Assembly (NCBI GenBank): GCA_958352145.1
Contig: CATWNM010000009.1
Coordinates: 3-64,002 of the forward strand
Reading direction: 5' to 3'
Source: an uncultured Eubacteriales bacterium
GTDB taxonomy: Bacteria > Bacillota > Clostridia > Oscillospirales > CAG-272
DNA length: 64,000 nt
Numbering within the stretch: position 1 is the stretch's first letter; each line of letters begins with the position of its first letter. This document shows, piece by piece, positions 38,420 to 47,147 of the stretch. A program made the translations under genes and the position numbers. Below the pieces are notes generated by a model. It did not search any database and was not told where the DNA came from. It saw nothing but the letters and a program-made list of their open reading frames with translations.

Positions 38420-39967
38420 ATGGGAATTTACATTACGGTCGGTGCCATCGCCTTGGTTGTGGGATTGCTGCTGGGTGCGCTGATCGGCGCGGCCTACCGC
38501 AAAAAAGTTGCCGAAAAAGAAATCGGCAGCGCGGAGGAACAGGCGGCAAAAATTGTTGAAGACGCCATAAAAACGGCGGAAAGCAAAAAGAAGGAAGCAC
38601 TTCTTGAGGCAAAAGAGGAAATTCTGAAAAACAAAACCGAATCGGAAAACGAACTCAAAGAACGCCGCAAAGAAGTCTCCCGGCTTGAACGCAGAATTCA
38701 GCAAAAAGAAGAAACACTTGACTCAAAAACCGATGCAATTGAGAAAAAGAACGAACTTCTGAACCAGAAAATCAAGGAAACGGAAACGCTTCGCGACGAG
38801 ATTCAAAAAACGCTCGATTCGCACCTTGCCGTGCTGGAACGCATTGCAGGCTTTACGAAAGAACAGGCGAAAGACGAGCTTTTATCTCGCGTGGAGACGG
38901 CACTGACGCATGAAAAAGCGCTGAAAATTTCTCATTTCGACGAACAATTCAAAGAAGAAGCGGACGAACGGGCGAAAAACATCCTTTCGCTCGCGATTCA
39001 AAGATGCGCGGCCGACCATGTCGGCGAAATTACCATCTCTACGGTGCAACTCCCGAACGAGGACATGAAGGGCCGCATCATCGGCCGCGAAGGCCGGAAC
39101 ATCCGCGCGATCGAAACCTTGACCGGCGTCGATCTAATCATCGACGACACGCCGGAAGTCATCACGATATCCGGTTTTGACTCGGTACGGCGCGAAATTG
39201 CCAGGATCGCCCTGGAAAAACTAATCTCAGACGGACGCATTCACCCTGCGAGAATCGAAGAAATGGTGGAAAAAGCGCGCAAAGAAGTGGACGCCTCCAT
39301 CAAACAGGCCGGAGAAAAGGCAACGTTTGAAACCGGTGTGCACGGGCTGCACCCCGAAGTCATCAAACTGCTCGGCCGGCTCAAATACCGCACCAGTTAC
39401 GGGCAAAACGTGCTCCGCCATTCCGTTGAAGTCTCGCTTCTTTCCGGCATCATAGCCGATGAACTGGGCGCGGACAGCGCCGCTGCAAAGCGCGCCGGAC
39501 TTCTTCATGACATCGGCAAAGCGCTCACCCAAGAAGCGGAAGGCTCGCATATCCAGCTAGGCGTTGAGGTAGCGAGAAAGCACAAAGAATCCAAAGAGAT
39601 CATCAACGCGATTGAAGCGCACCACGGCGATGTGGAAGCGGCGTCGATTATCGCATTCATCGTGCAGGCGGCGGACGCTATTTCAGCGGCAAGGCCGGGC
39701 GCACGGCGCGAGGATCTCGAAAATTATATCAAACGCCTCCAGAAGCTGGAGGAACTGGCAAACGATTTTGCCGGCGTCGAAAAGACCTACGCAATTCAGG
39801 CCGGGCGCGAGATTCGCGTCATGGTCAAACCCGAACAGGTTTCCGACGATCAAATGACGATTCTGGCGCACGAAATCGCTTCAAAAATTGAAAGCGAACT
39901 GGATTATCCAGGCCAGATCAAAGTACATTTGATCCGCGAAAGCCGGACTGTGGATTTTGCAAAATAA
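38420..39967 (+). CDS. rny: Ribonuclease Y
   Basis: 515 aa with an N-terminal TM, a coiled coil, a KH domain ([13 protein letters not shown]) and an HD domain (HSVEV...LLHDIGK). Confidence 0.95.
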   Translation: MGIYITVGAIALVVGLLLGALIGAAYRKKVAEKEIGSAEEQAAKIVEDAIKTAESKKKEALLEAKEEILKNKTESENELKERRKEVSRLERRIQQKEETLDSKTDAIEKKNELLNQKIKETETLRDEIQKTLDSHLAVLERIAGFTKEQAKDELLSRVETALTHEKALKISHFDEQFKEEADERAKNILSLAIQRCAADHVGEITISTVQLPNEDMKGRIIGREGRNIRAIETLTGVDLIIDDTPEVITISGFDSVRREIARIALEKLISDGRIHPARIEEMVEKARKEVDASIKQAGEKATFETGVHGLHPEVIKLLGRLKYRTSYGQNVLRHSVEVSLLSGIIADELGADSAAAKRAGLLHDIGKALTQEAEGSHIQLGVEVARKHKESKEIINAIEAHHGDVEAASIIAFIVQAADAISAARPGARREDLENYIKRLQKLEELANDFAGVEKTYAIQAGREIRVMVKPEQVSDDQMTILAHEIASKIESELDYPGQIKVHLIRESRTVDFAK

Positions 39968-40051
39968 GCACGGTATTCTTTCTATATACATAGAGTTGGT
40001 AAAGCGTTTTCCGGCCTTGGCCTGACGATAGATTCCTAATTATGTATATAA

Positions 40052-40140
40052 AAAACTGTTTTACAGGCGGCTGCCGGAAACCCGCAAAAACACCTGCCGG
40101 TTTCTGCGCGCCGCATTCTGTAAAACAGTTTTATTTTTTT
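40052..40140 (+). terminator. Large compound stem-loop with U tract between rny and ymdB (terminator/attenuator)
   Basis: Outer perfect 15-bp stem AAAACTGTTTTACAG ... CTGTAAAACAGTTTT, extended by GCGGC/GCCGC, enclosing ~40 nt and followed by ATTTTTTT. Confidence 0.6.
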
Positions 40141-40169
40141 CCAGCCAATAAAAGGAAGTGAAGCTTATC

Positions 40170-40934
40170 ATGAGAATTCTATTGCTCGGCGATATTGTCG
40201 GCGCAAAAACGATTCAATATCTCGGAAAAATGCTGTGGGCGCTTCGCCGCGATCAAAGCATCGACATGGTCGTGGCCAACGGCGAAAACGCCAGCGATAT
40301 CATGGGTCTGTCCGCCGAAGATGCGCAGGCGCTTTTAAATTACGGCGTGGACGTCATCACCGGCGGCAATCACACCTTTCACAATCGCTCGCTGTACAGC
40401 ATGCTGGACAATTCCCCCTTCCTGCTGCGCCCCGCAAACTGTGCGGACGCAGCCCCCGGCGTAGGAAGCACGATCTTTGAATGCTGCGGCACGCGCGTAT
40501 TAGTGCTGAATCTGCTCGGTATGATGTCGCTGGACGCATACGCCAGCCCGTTTGATACGGCAGACCGCATACTGAAGAAGGAAGCAGGAAAATTTGACTT
40601 TGCGCTGGTAGATTTTCATGCGGAATCTACGGCGGAAAAAGAAGCGCTCGGCTACTATCTGGACGGACGCACGGCCGCCGTATTCGGCACCCATACGCAT
40701 GTACAGACCGCCGACGCGCATATCCTGCCGGGCGGAACGGCGTATATCACGGATCTCGGCATGTGCGGTCCCGCCGACGGTGTTCTCGGTACCGACCGCG
40801 ACGTGATTTTAAAACGGTTTTTAACTGGTACGCCGCAAAAATTCATTCCGGCGGACGGAGACATCCATTTGCACGGCGCCCTGCTTATTATGAAAGAACG
40901 CAAAGCTGAGCGCATCGAACCCTTTCGGCTGTAG
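40170..40934 (+). CDS. ymdB: YmdB-family (TIGR00282) metallophosphoesterase
   Basis: MRILLLGDIVG, GENA, GNH and GTHTHVQTAD motifs. Conserved position after rny. Confidence 0.9.
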   Translation: MRILLLGDIVGAKTIQYLGKMLWALRRDQSIDMVVANGENASDIMGLSAEDAQALLNYGVDVITGGNHTFHNRSLYSMLDNSPFLLRPANCADAAPGVGSTIFECCGTRVLVLNLLGMMSLDAYASPFDTADRILKKEAGKFDFALVDFHAESTAEKEALGYYLDGRTAAVFGTHTHVQTADAHILPGGTAYITDLGMCGPADGVLGTDRDVILKRFLTGTPQKFIPADGDIHLHGALLIMKERKAERIEPFRL

Positions 40935-41063
40935 CAGATTTTCCAAAAGTTTCGCAAAACTTCATTTGTTTGTCACAATTCTCTGTTATACTTCTGGCGT
41001 AGAGTGATAAATATCATATTATAACAACGCATCAGAATTCATTAATAAGACGGAGGAAGAGAC

Positions 41064-41330
41064 ATGAATGTACTGAAAGTATCATCGAAATCCAGTGCCA
41101 ATTCCGTAGCGGGCGCTCTGGCAGCAGCAATCCGCGAATCTTCGGAGGCGGAAATTCAAGCCATCGGCGCGGGCGCGGTCAATCAAAGCATCAAGGCCAT
41201 CGCCATTGCTTCCGGATTCTTAGCGCCTGTCGGAATTACCTTATATACGCAGCCGGTATTCGAGGAAATCGAAATCGACGGCGAAGAGCGGACGGCGATT
41301 CGTTTTCGAATTTTGACTACAAAAAATTGA
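41064..41330 (+). CDS. spoVS: Stage V sporulation protein S
   Basis: 88 aa. MNVLKVSSKSSANSVAGALA...AIGAGAVNQSIKAIAIA closely matches the conserved SpoVS pattern. Confidence 0.9.
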   Translation: MNVLKVSSKSSANSVAGALAAAIRESSEAEIQAIGAGAVNQSIKAIAIASGFLAPVGITLYTQPVFEEIEIDGEERTAIRFRILTTKN

Positions 41331-41447
41331 TTTTTTGACAAAATAACTCCGTATTGGCGTCAAACATCCAACGAATCATAAAATTGTGCACAAATTTGTT
41401 CTAAGTACGGCTTGAAAACAATTTTTAAATTTTTTCGCCAAAAATAC

Positions 41448-41476
41448 TTGACAAATCTACCAATTACTGGTAGTAT
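41448..41476 (+). promoter_or_regulatory. Sigma-A type promoter for abrB
   Basis: TTGACA-17 nt-TAGTAT with an extended -10 (TGgTAGTAT). Confidence 0.6.
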
Positions 41477-41529
41477 AGTACTGACAATTCGAGTTTCTGT
41501 AAATTGTACATACACGAGAGGAAGAGTTT

Positions 41530-41781
41530 ATGAAATCCACCGGAATTGTTAGGAAAATTGACGGCCTCGGCCGTATAGTCCTGCCGATTGAACTGCGCAA
41601 GCGGCTTGAAATTGCCACCGGAGACGATATTGAGATTTACGTCGAGGGAGACAATATTATACTGGCGAAATACGCACCGAGTTGTTTATTTTGCGGCAGT
41701 AAAGAGTATTTGACTCTTTTCGAGGATAAAAATGTCTGTCGTGCATGCCGAAAGAAATTGGCAAAAGGCGACACAAAATAA
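41530..41781 (+). CDS. abrB: AbrB-family transition-state regulator (SpoVT/AbrB swapped-hairpin domain)
   Basis: MKSTGIVRKIDGLGRIVLPIELRKRLEI..GD..EI is the canonical AbrB N-terminal domain. The C-terminal part carries CxxC..CxxC. Confidence 0.85.
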   Translation: MKSTGIVRKIDGLGRIVLPIELRKRLEIATGDDIEIYVEGDNIILAKYAPSCLFCGSKEYLTLFEDKNVCRACRKKLAKGDTK

Positions 41782-41788
41782 AACACTC

Positions 41789-41816
41789 AAACGGCGGCTG
41801 TTCAGCCGCCGTTTTT
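41789..41816 (+). terminator. abrB terminator
   Basis: ACGGCGGCTG-tt-CAGCCGCCGT followed by TTTTT. It is preceded by ACTCAAA, as in the intergenic repeat family. Confidence 0.8.
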
Positions 41817-41930
41817 CACAATATTCAGCGCCGACGCTGATTCTGCAAATTTATGCTTTTTCATCTGGACTATATGCAGCGTTTGATGTATAATTGAAGT
41901 ATAGGAAATTGAATGTTCGGGAGGTACGCT

Positions 41931-44486
41931 ATGAAAAAAAGGGGGCTTTTTTCTCTGCTGGTACTCGCGTTTTCCATCCTGCTTACAGCAGGAGCGCTTG
42001 CGCTGGATACCGTATATGTCAACGACAGCGGTACCGGCGACGGTACGCGGGCGGAAACGCCGCTCGGCTCGCTCCGCGACGCAATCGCGTCGATTGCAAG
42101 CGAAGGCGGTCAGATCGTCATTACCGACGCCTATACGCTGTCCGAGCCTTTTGAAGAACCGGCGCATTCGGCGCCTGTCACCATTACAGGCGGCAAGCTG
42201 ATTCTCAATCACAGCCAATACAGCCGGTATTTTTTAAGCGGTCCCGTAACATTTGAAAATCTGCGCATCGAATACGGCGCGGATAATGCCATCGCCACGG
42301 GCATGATCGTAGCGCGCTTCAATACGCTTGTGCTTGGCGATGGTTTGGAAATGGCAGATGGAAAACTGTTTGTCGTCGGCGGATACCAGTTTCCAACGGA
42401 AGAAACCATCGATACAAAGCGAAATTCCCAGATCACCATAAAAAGCGGAATGTATTCTACCGTTGTCGGTTTTTCCCGCGGCAACGGCGCCAATACATTC
42501 CGCGGCACTTCCTATATCACGATTGACGGCGGCGTCATAACAAATTTGTACGGCGCCTCTCTGAACGGTCAATATTCGGGCAGCACGGAAATTACCGTGA
42601 ACGGCGGAAGTATCGAAAATCTTTTTACTGGCGGCGATCAGACCCGCCGTCTGAACGGTGACGCCACGGTAACGATCAACGGCGGCACGATCGGCAATCT
42701 TAATATCAATAACGTCATGGGGCACGCCGCGGTCTACTATCTCGGCGGCAGCGTAACCAGCATGTCCAAACAGACCGCCGAGGATATTTTGCATGCGGTA
42801 CAGGACGGAAAAGCAGATCTGACCGTGCGAAAAGGAATATCCGCAAAAGCTTTTGCCAACGTATTCGACACAGCCGTCTATGAGGACGGTACGCCGCTCA
42901 CTGGCGAAACACCAACAAGCGGAGAATACGAACTACTGGACGACGTACCCGAAAAAACCTCAGTCACGGAAGCCAAAATCTATGTTTCAAACGCGGGACA
43001 GGGCGACGGAAAGACGGCAGATACCGCGCTCGGCGATTTGGAAGCCGCTTATGCGGCACTCGACGGCGCCGACGGTACCATCGTGCTCATCAATGAGATC
43101 AAATTAGACGCCGATTTTACCGAGCCGGCACATAGAAACAAAATTGTCATTACCTCCTATGACGGCGATCAATATTATAACGGCTCCATCAATTTTGGAG
43201 AAAACCGGCGTTTCTTCTTCAACGGAGATACGACTTTCGAAAATACGCGTTTTGAATATGCAAATACGCTGCTGATGGTTGGAAGATTCCATAACGTCGC
43301 TTTCGGCACCGGACTTCAAATGCCCGAGACGGAGCCCGGCGTCCGTCAGTTGTTTGTGCTCGGCGGATACCAATTTGATACAGCAGAACCGATTCTTACA
43401 GAGGTAAACGGCAGCATCACGATTGAAAGCGGAAACTATTATTCCGTGATCGGCTATACAAGAGGCGTCCCCACAGACACATCGTATTCTTTTAAAGGCA
43501 GGCAAACGATTCATATCAGCGGCGGCGTCCTATACCGCGTATACGGCGGCGGCGTACAGGCCAACACGTTTGACGCCGTACAGATCAATATCAGCGGCGG
43601 CACAATTTCCGATTCCATCATAGTTGGCGGCGATCAATTCTATTATGCGAACACCGCGATCCTCAATATCACCGGAGGGCAAATCCAAGCGCTACATTTG
43701 CAGAACGTGATTCAGTCGACCGAAGTCAACTGGGTCGGCGGTACGATCGAATCCATGGATATCATATACGGGAAAAGCGACGATGGGACAACAGACGTCG
43801 CCGCGCTTGCTGAATATGCGGTGTATACGCTGAACTACAAAAATGTAACGCCGTCGGACGAAATGTGCGCGCTGTTCGACACGATCGGATTGAATCCGGC
43901 GATCACACCGGAAAAAACCGATCCAAAATTTCATGCCGTGCGCACCTATGACAATCAATTTTCCGATGTAACGGCGGACAAATGGTTTTATGAATATGTT
44001 AAAACCGCATACGAATACGGGCTAGTCAACGGCATGAGCGATGCGACATTCTCACCGGATCATCCATTTACGGTCGCGCAGGCGCTGACGGCAGCAGCCA
44101 ATATCCATACCGCCTACTGCGGCGCAAGCGTCGCGGCTGCAACTCCCAGTCAGGCATGGTACGCGCCGTATGCGGAATACTGTATTGAAAACGGCATAAT
44201 CATCGAATCTCAGTTCGACGATTATACTCGGAAAATCACGCGCAAAGAAATGGCGGTCGTATTTGCAAATATCCTGCCGGATGAAGAATATACGGCGCTG
44301 CGCGAGGGTTTATGCCCGGATATAACCCCGGACATGGACTGCTATTTGGCGGTGACCAAGCTATATCAAGCGGGGATCATCAGCGGAGACGATCAAGGCA
44401 ATTACCGTCCGGACGACGAAATGATCCGTAGCGAAGCGTGCGTGATCTTTGCCCGGATCGCAGCAGCCGGGAAACGCGTAAAATAA
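41931..44486 (+). CDS. Large secreted cell-wall-anchored protein: two tandem ~320-aa beta-helix-like modules plus C-terminal SLH domains
   Basis: ATG 41931 follows a GGGAGG RBS, with signal peptide MKKRGLFSLLVLAFSILLTAGALA. The two modules (~42006-42960 and ~42972-43940) share motifs. The C-terminal ~175 aa has SLH-type motifs (FSDVTADKWFYEYV, GLVNGMSDATFSPD, GIISGDDQGNYRPD). Confidence 0.8.
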   Translation: MKKRGLFSLLVLAFSILLTAGALALDTVYVNDSGTGDGTRAETPLGSLRDAIASIASEGGQIVITDAYTLSEPFEEPAHSAPVTITGGKLILNHSQYSRYFLSGPVTFENLRIEYGADNAIATGMIVARFNTLVLGDGLEMADGKLFVVGGYQFPTEETIDTKRNSQITIKSGMYSTVVGFSRGNGANTFRGTSYITIDGGVITNLYGASLNGQYSGSTEITVNGGSIENLFTGGDQTRRLNGDATVTINGGTIGNLNINNVMGHAAVYYLGGSVTSMSKQTAEDILHAVQDGKADLTVRKGISAKAFANVFDTAVYEDGTPLTGETPTSGEYELLDDVPEKTSVTEAKIYVSNAGQGDGKTADTALGDLEAAYAALDGADGTIVLINEIKLDADFTEPAHRNKIVITSYDGDQYYNGSINFGENRRFFFNGDTTFENTRFEYANTLLMVGRFHNVAFGTGLQMPETEPGVRQLFVLGGYQFDTAEPILTEVNGSITIESGNYYSVIGYTRGVPTDTSYSFKGRQTIHISGGVLYRVYGGGVQANTFDAVQINISGGTISDSIIVGGDQFYYANTAILNITGGQIQALHLQNVIQSTEVNWVGGTIESMDIIYGKSDDGTTDVAALAEYAVYTLNYKNVTPSDEMCALFDTIGLNPAITPEKTDPKFHAVRTYDNQFSDVTADKWFYEYVKTAYEYGLVNGMSDATFSPDHPFTVAQALTAAANIHTAYCGASVAAATPSQAWYAPYAEYCIENGIIIESQFDDYTRKITRKEMAVVFANILPDEEYTALREGLCPDITPDMDCYLAVTKLYQAGIISGDDQGNYRPDDEMIRSEACVIFARIAAAGKRVK

Positions 44487-44521
44487 AACAGGAAAACAGC
44501 GTTTGAACAATTTGAATATGC

Positions 44522-44560
44522 AAAAACCGCCGGGCAAAGCAGTTTTGCCCGGCGGTTTTT
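44522..44560. terminator. Bidirectional terminator
   Basis: Perfect 17-bp stem AAAAACCGCCGGGCAAA-gcagt-TTTGCCCGGCGGTTTTT. Confidence 0.85.
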
Positions 44561-45023
44561 GCGTGATTTTCCGCGGTGTTATCCCGTATCTCGGCGTGTT
44601 TGCCGAGCGCAGCACTGCAGCGAGAAATTGCAGCCTAAAACGCGTTAAAGCATATGGACAAACGGTTGAGCTAAATACCCATGTTTTGGGAGATCATGCG
44701 GTATCCGTTACAAATGGCAAATCACTTTTCCTATTTACCTATTATATAAATGCAGCCTTGGAAAGACCCATATCCTACGCAAAAATGGCGTCTTTACGTA
44801 GTACGATACGGCCGGTCTCGCCAATAACAATTACAGCGATTTGGCAAACCGTTATTTTCTGAAAACAATGGCGCGCCGGGCTTTGAATGCCGTCCCCGAA
44901 AATATTTGTTTACCGGGGCTACGGAGGATTTGCTGATCTACGCACGGAGCGAGACGAACTGCGCTGCGCAGAAAGCTCTGCGGCGCCGACAGACGGAGAG
45001 CCGATATTGACGGTTAAACAGCA

Positions 45024-46253
45024 TTATTCAAACGCCCATTCACCATCGCGGAAAATCGGCGCCGTACCGCCGCCGCGCAGCGAAGCCGTAATGCAGAGAT
45101 CAGGCGCGCCGATCATAAAGTCCTCATGGATCATCGAGGTATTCACGCCCATTGCCCGGCACTCCTCAAGCGTGCGGGCGCCGTAATTTCGAATCGTATT
45201 GGCAAACCCCTCGCCAAACGCCAAATGGCAGGCTGCATTTTCATCAAACAGTGTGTTGTAAAATAAAAATCCAAGCTGTCCGACCGGCGAAGAATGAGGC
45301 ACCAGCGCCACCTCACCAAGATACGCCGCGCCCTCATCCATGGAAATCATCGTCTCCAAAAGCGATTGATTCTTTTCCGCATGAACCTGCGTGGCTTTTC
45401 CCTGCGAAAACCGGATCCAAAAATTTTCAATCAGCTGTCCGTTATAAGACAGCGGTTTCGTCGCATATACGATCCCCTCCGCCTGGCCCCGCATCGGACT
45501 TGTAAAAACCTCCTCCGTAGGAATATTCGGATTGAAAAATTCACCGCCAAGCGTATGCTCTCCGCCGCCGCAAAACAGCGCGTCCGGAATCATGCCGACG
45601 GTAAAATCGGTTCCGTTTGACGACGAATATCGCAGGGACTCAATTTCAAGTGAATTCAAATACGCGCACCGACGCGCAAGCGCGCGATCGTGCGCCTCCC
45701 AGTCGGCGGCAGGATCGGCTCCATCTGCACGAGACGCATGCAGAATGGCTTCCCACAATTTTTCCTCCGCCGTCCCCGCGCGCAGGCCCGGAAACACTTT
45801 CTTTGCCCATTTTCTGCCCGGAACCGCGGCGATACACCATTTATAACGATTATCCATACGGTCGTGCAAAGGCTTCAATACTTTGTATCTTCCCTGCGCG
45901 CCTTTGGCATATTTTTCACGATCCATGCCGCAAAGTCCGTCCGGATCCTCGCTTACCAGATAGATTCTGACCGGCAGTATCTGAATATAATGTTCTAGTT
46001 TGGCAATCTCCCAGTCTTCAACCGACGACAGCGTTTCTACGCTGCGATAACGGACATGCAGTTTTTGAAGCGGCTGATGCGCAAACTCTACTGTGACCTT
46101 TTTGGCGCCTAAGCGGTAACAGGCTTCTGCAACATATTCCACAAACTGCGGCTGATCCAGTTCAGCCGTAATCACCACCTCATCCCCGCTTTGAACATGC
46201 GCGCCCGCACATGCGATCAAAGCGGCATATTTTTTTAAACAAGAAATTTTCAT
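45024..46253 (-). CDS. Aminopeptidase, M29 (AmpS/PepS) family
   Basis: 409 aa. The N-terminus LKKYAALIACAGAHVQSGDEVVI and overall layout are typical of thermophilic metalloprotease M29. Confidence 0.8.
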   Translation of the reverse strand: MKISCLKKYAALIACAGAHVQSGDEVVITAELDQPQFVEYVAEACYRLGAKKVTVEFAHQPLQKLHVRYRSVETLSSVEDWEIAKLEHYIQILPVRIYLVSEDPDGLCGMDREKYAKGAQGRYKVLKPLHDRMDNRYKWCIAAVPGRKWAKKVFPGLRAGTAEEKLWEAILHASRADGADPAADWEAHDRALARRCAYLNSLEIESLRYSSSNGTDFTVGMIPDALFCGGGEHTLGGEFFNPNIPTEEVFTSPMRGQAEGIVYATKPLSYNGQLIENFWIRFSQGKATQVHAEKNQSLLETMISMDEGAAYLGEVALVPHSSPVGQLGFLFYNTLFDENAACHLAFGEGFANTIRNYGARTLEECRAMGVNTSMIHEDFMIGAPDLCITASLRGGGTAPIFRDGEWAFE

Positions 46254-46286
46254 AATATCCTCCGATTCTACCGCACAAAGGCGTCA

Positions 46287-46310
46287 AAAAGGCGCCTGCG
46301 GGCGCCTTTT
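46287..46310 (-). terminator. Terminator after the response regulator gene
   Basis: AAAAGGCGCC-tgcg-GGCGCCTTTT, with a T run on the minus strand. Confidence 0.7.
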
Positions 46311-46337
46311 ATGCAAAATTTTTCTAAAATAACCGTA

Positions 46338-47147
46338 TTATTTGATCCGCACCATGGATGCGACCTCGTCCGCATGATCTTTAAATTCAGACGACCAAAA
46401 ATACTCCGGCAGGAACGTACCGCCGTATGCTTTGGCTGCGCTCCGATCATAATCCAGCAACTGATAAAAGTCGCATTCGATCTCTTCGGGCGCGATCCGG
46501 CAGGAACCGTATTTCCGCTCGAATATATGCTCGATATGATATTCTCTGAGCGTCTCCACCAGTGCCTTAATCGCCTTGCGATAGCCGCTGGTCTCAGAAG
46601 CGCGCTGCACCGTAGTACCGACCCAGAGCTTTTCAATTATTTCATAGGTCGACACAGCGCCGCCGCGCTGACAAATGCAGAGCGCCGCAAGTTCTTTGGC
46701 TTTTTTCGTCTTGAAATTCACACGCTCGCCATCCACATACAGATCAAATTTGCCAAACATGTGCGCTTTAATACGCTTTTCGAGCTGCGGCTTCATCAGC
46801 CGGGCACGGCGCAAAACATCCAGAACGTCATTGCGGTTATACGGCTTGAAAATAATATAATCCGCTTTCATCTGCATGGCGCGTCCGGCAAAATCCATGT
46901 GCGCGGTAACAAAAATAATAATCGTCTCTTTTCGAATCTCGCGTATGCTCGAAGCAAGTTCAAAACCATCCATCTGCGGCATATCAATGTCCAAAAGCGC
47001 AATATCTATGCGATGATCCCGCACATACTCCAGCGCCTCCAAAGGCTTGGAAAAACTGGCTACCACCTCAAAATCAGGCAGGTCGCTGCACTCCATTTCA
47101 AACAGGCGAAGCTCAATTAAGTTGTCGTCCACCAACATCATCTTCAT
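46338..47147 (-). CDS. Response regulator: REC domain + winged-helix/BTAD-like (SARP-type) output
   Basis: REC motifs (LVDDN, DIALLDIDMPQMDG, KP). The C-terminus FGKFDLYVDGERV.F.TKKAKELAALC resembles OmpR/SARP wHTH, followed by a BTAD-like tail. RBS GGAGG lies 9 nt upstream. Confidence 0.8.
   Translation of the reverse strand: MKMMLVDDNLIELRLFEMECSDLPDFEVVASFSKPLEALEYVRDHRIDIALLDIDMPQMDGFELASSIREIRKETIIIFVTAHMDFAGRAMQMKADYIIFKPYNRNDVLDVLRRARLMKPQLEKRIKAHMFGKFDLYVDGERVNFKTKKAKELAALCICQRGGAVSTYEIIEKLWVGTTVQRASETSGYRKAIKALVETLREYHIEHIFERKYGSCRIAPEEIECDFYQLLDYDRSAAKAYGGTFLPEYFWSSEFKDHADEVASMVRIK

Noticed and set aside
41802-42218. 138-aa minus-strand ORF overlapping the abrB terminator and the start of the SLH protein gene.
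   Set aside because: It spans a strong intrinsic terminator and the promoter/RBS of the SLH gene, and its composition is that of a shadow ORF.
44503-44862. 119-aa plus-strand ORF in the long non-coding gap.
   Set aside because: It starts inside the perfect 17-bp terminator hairpin, has no RBS, and has an implausible sequence.
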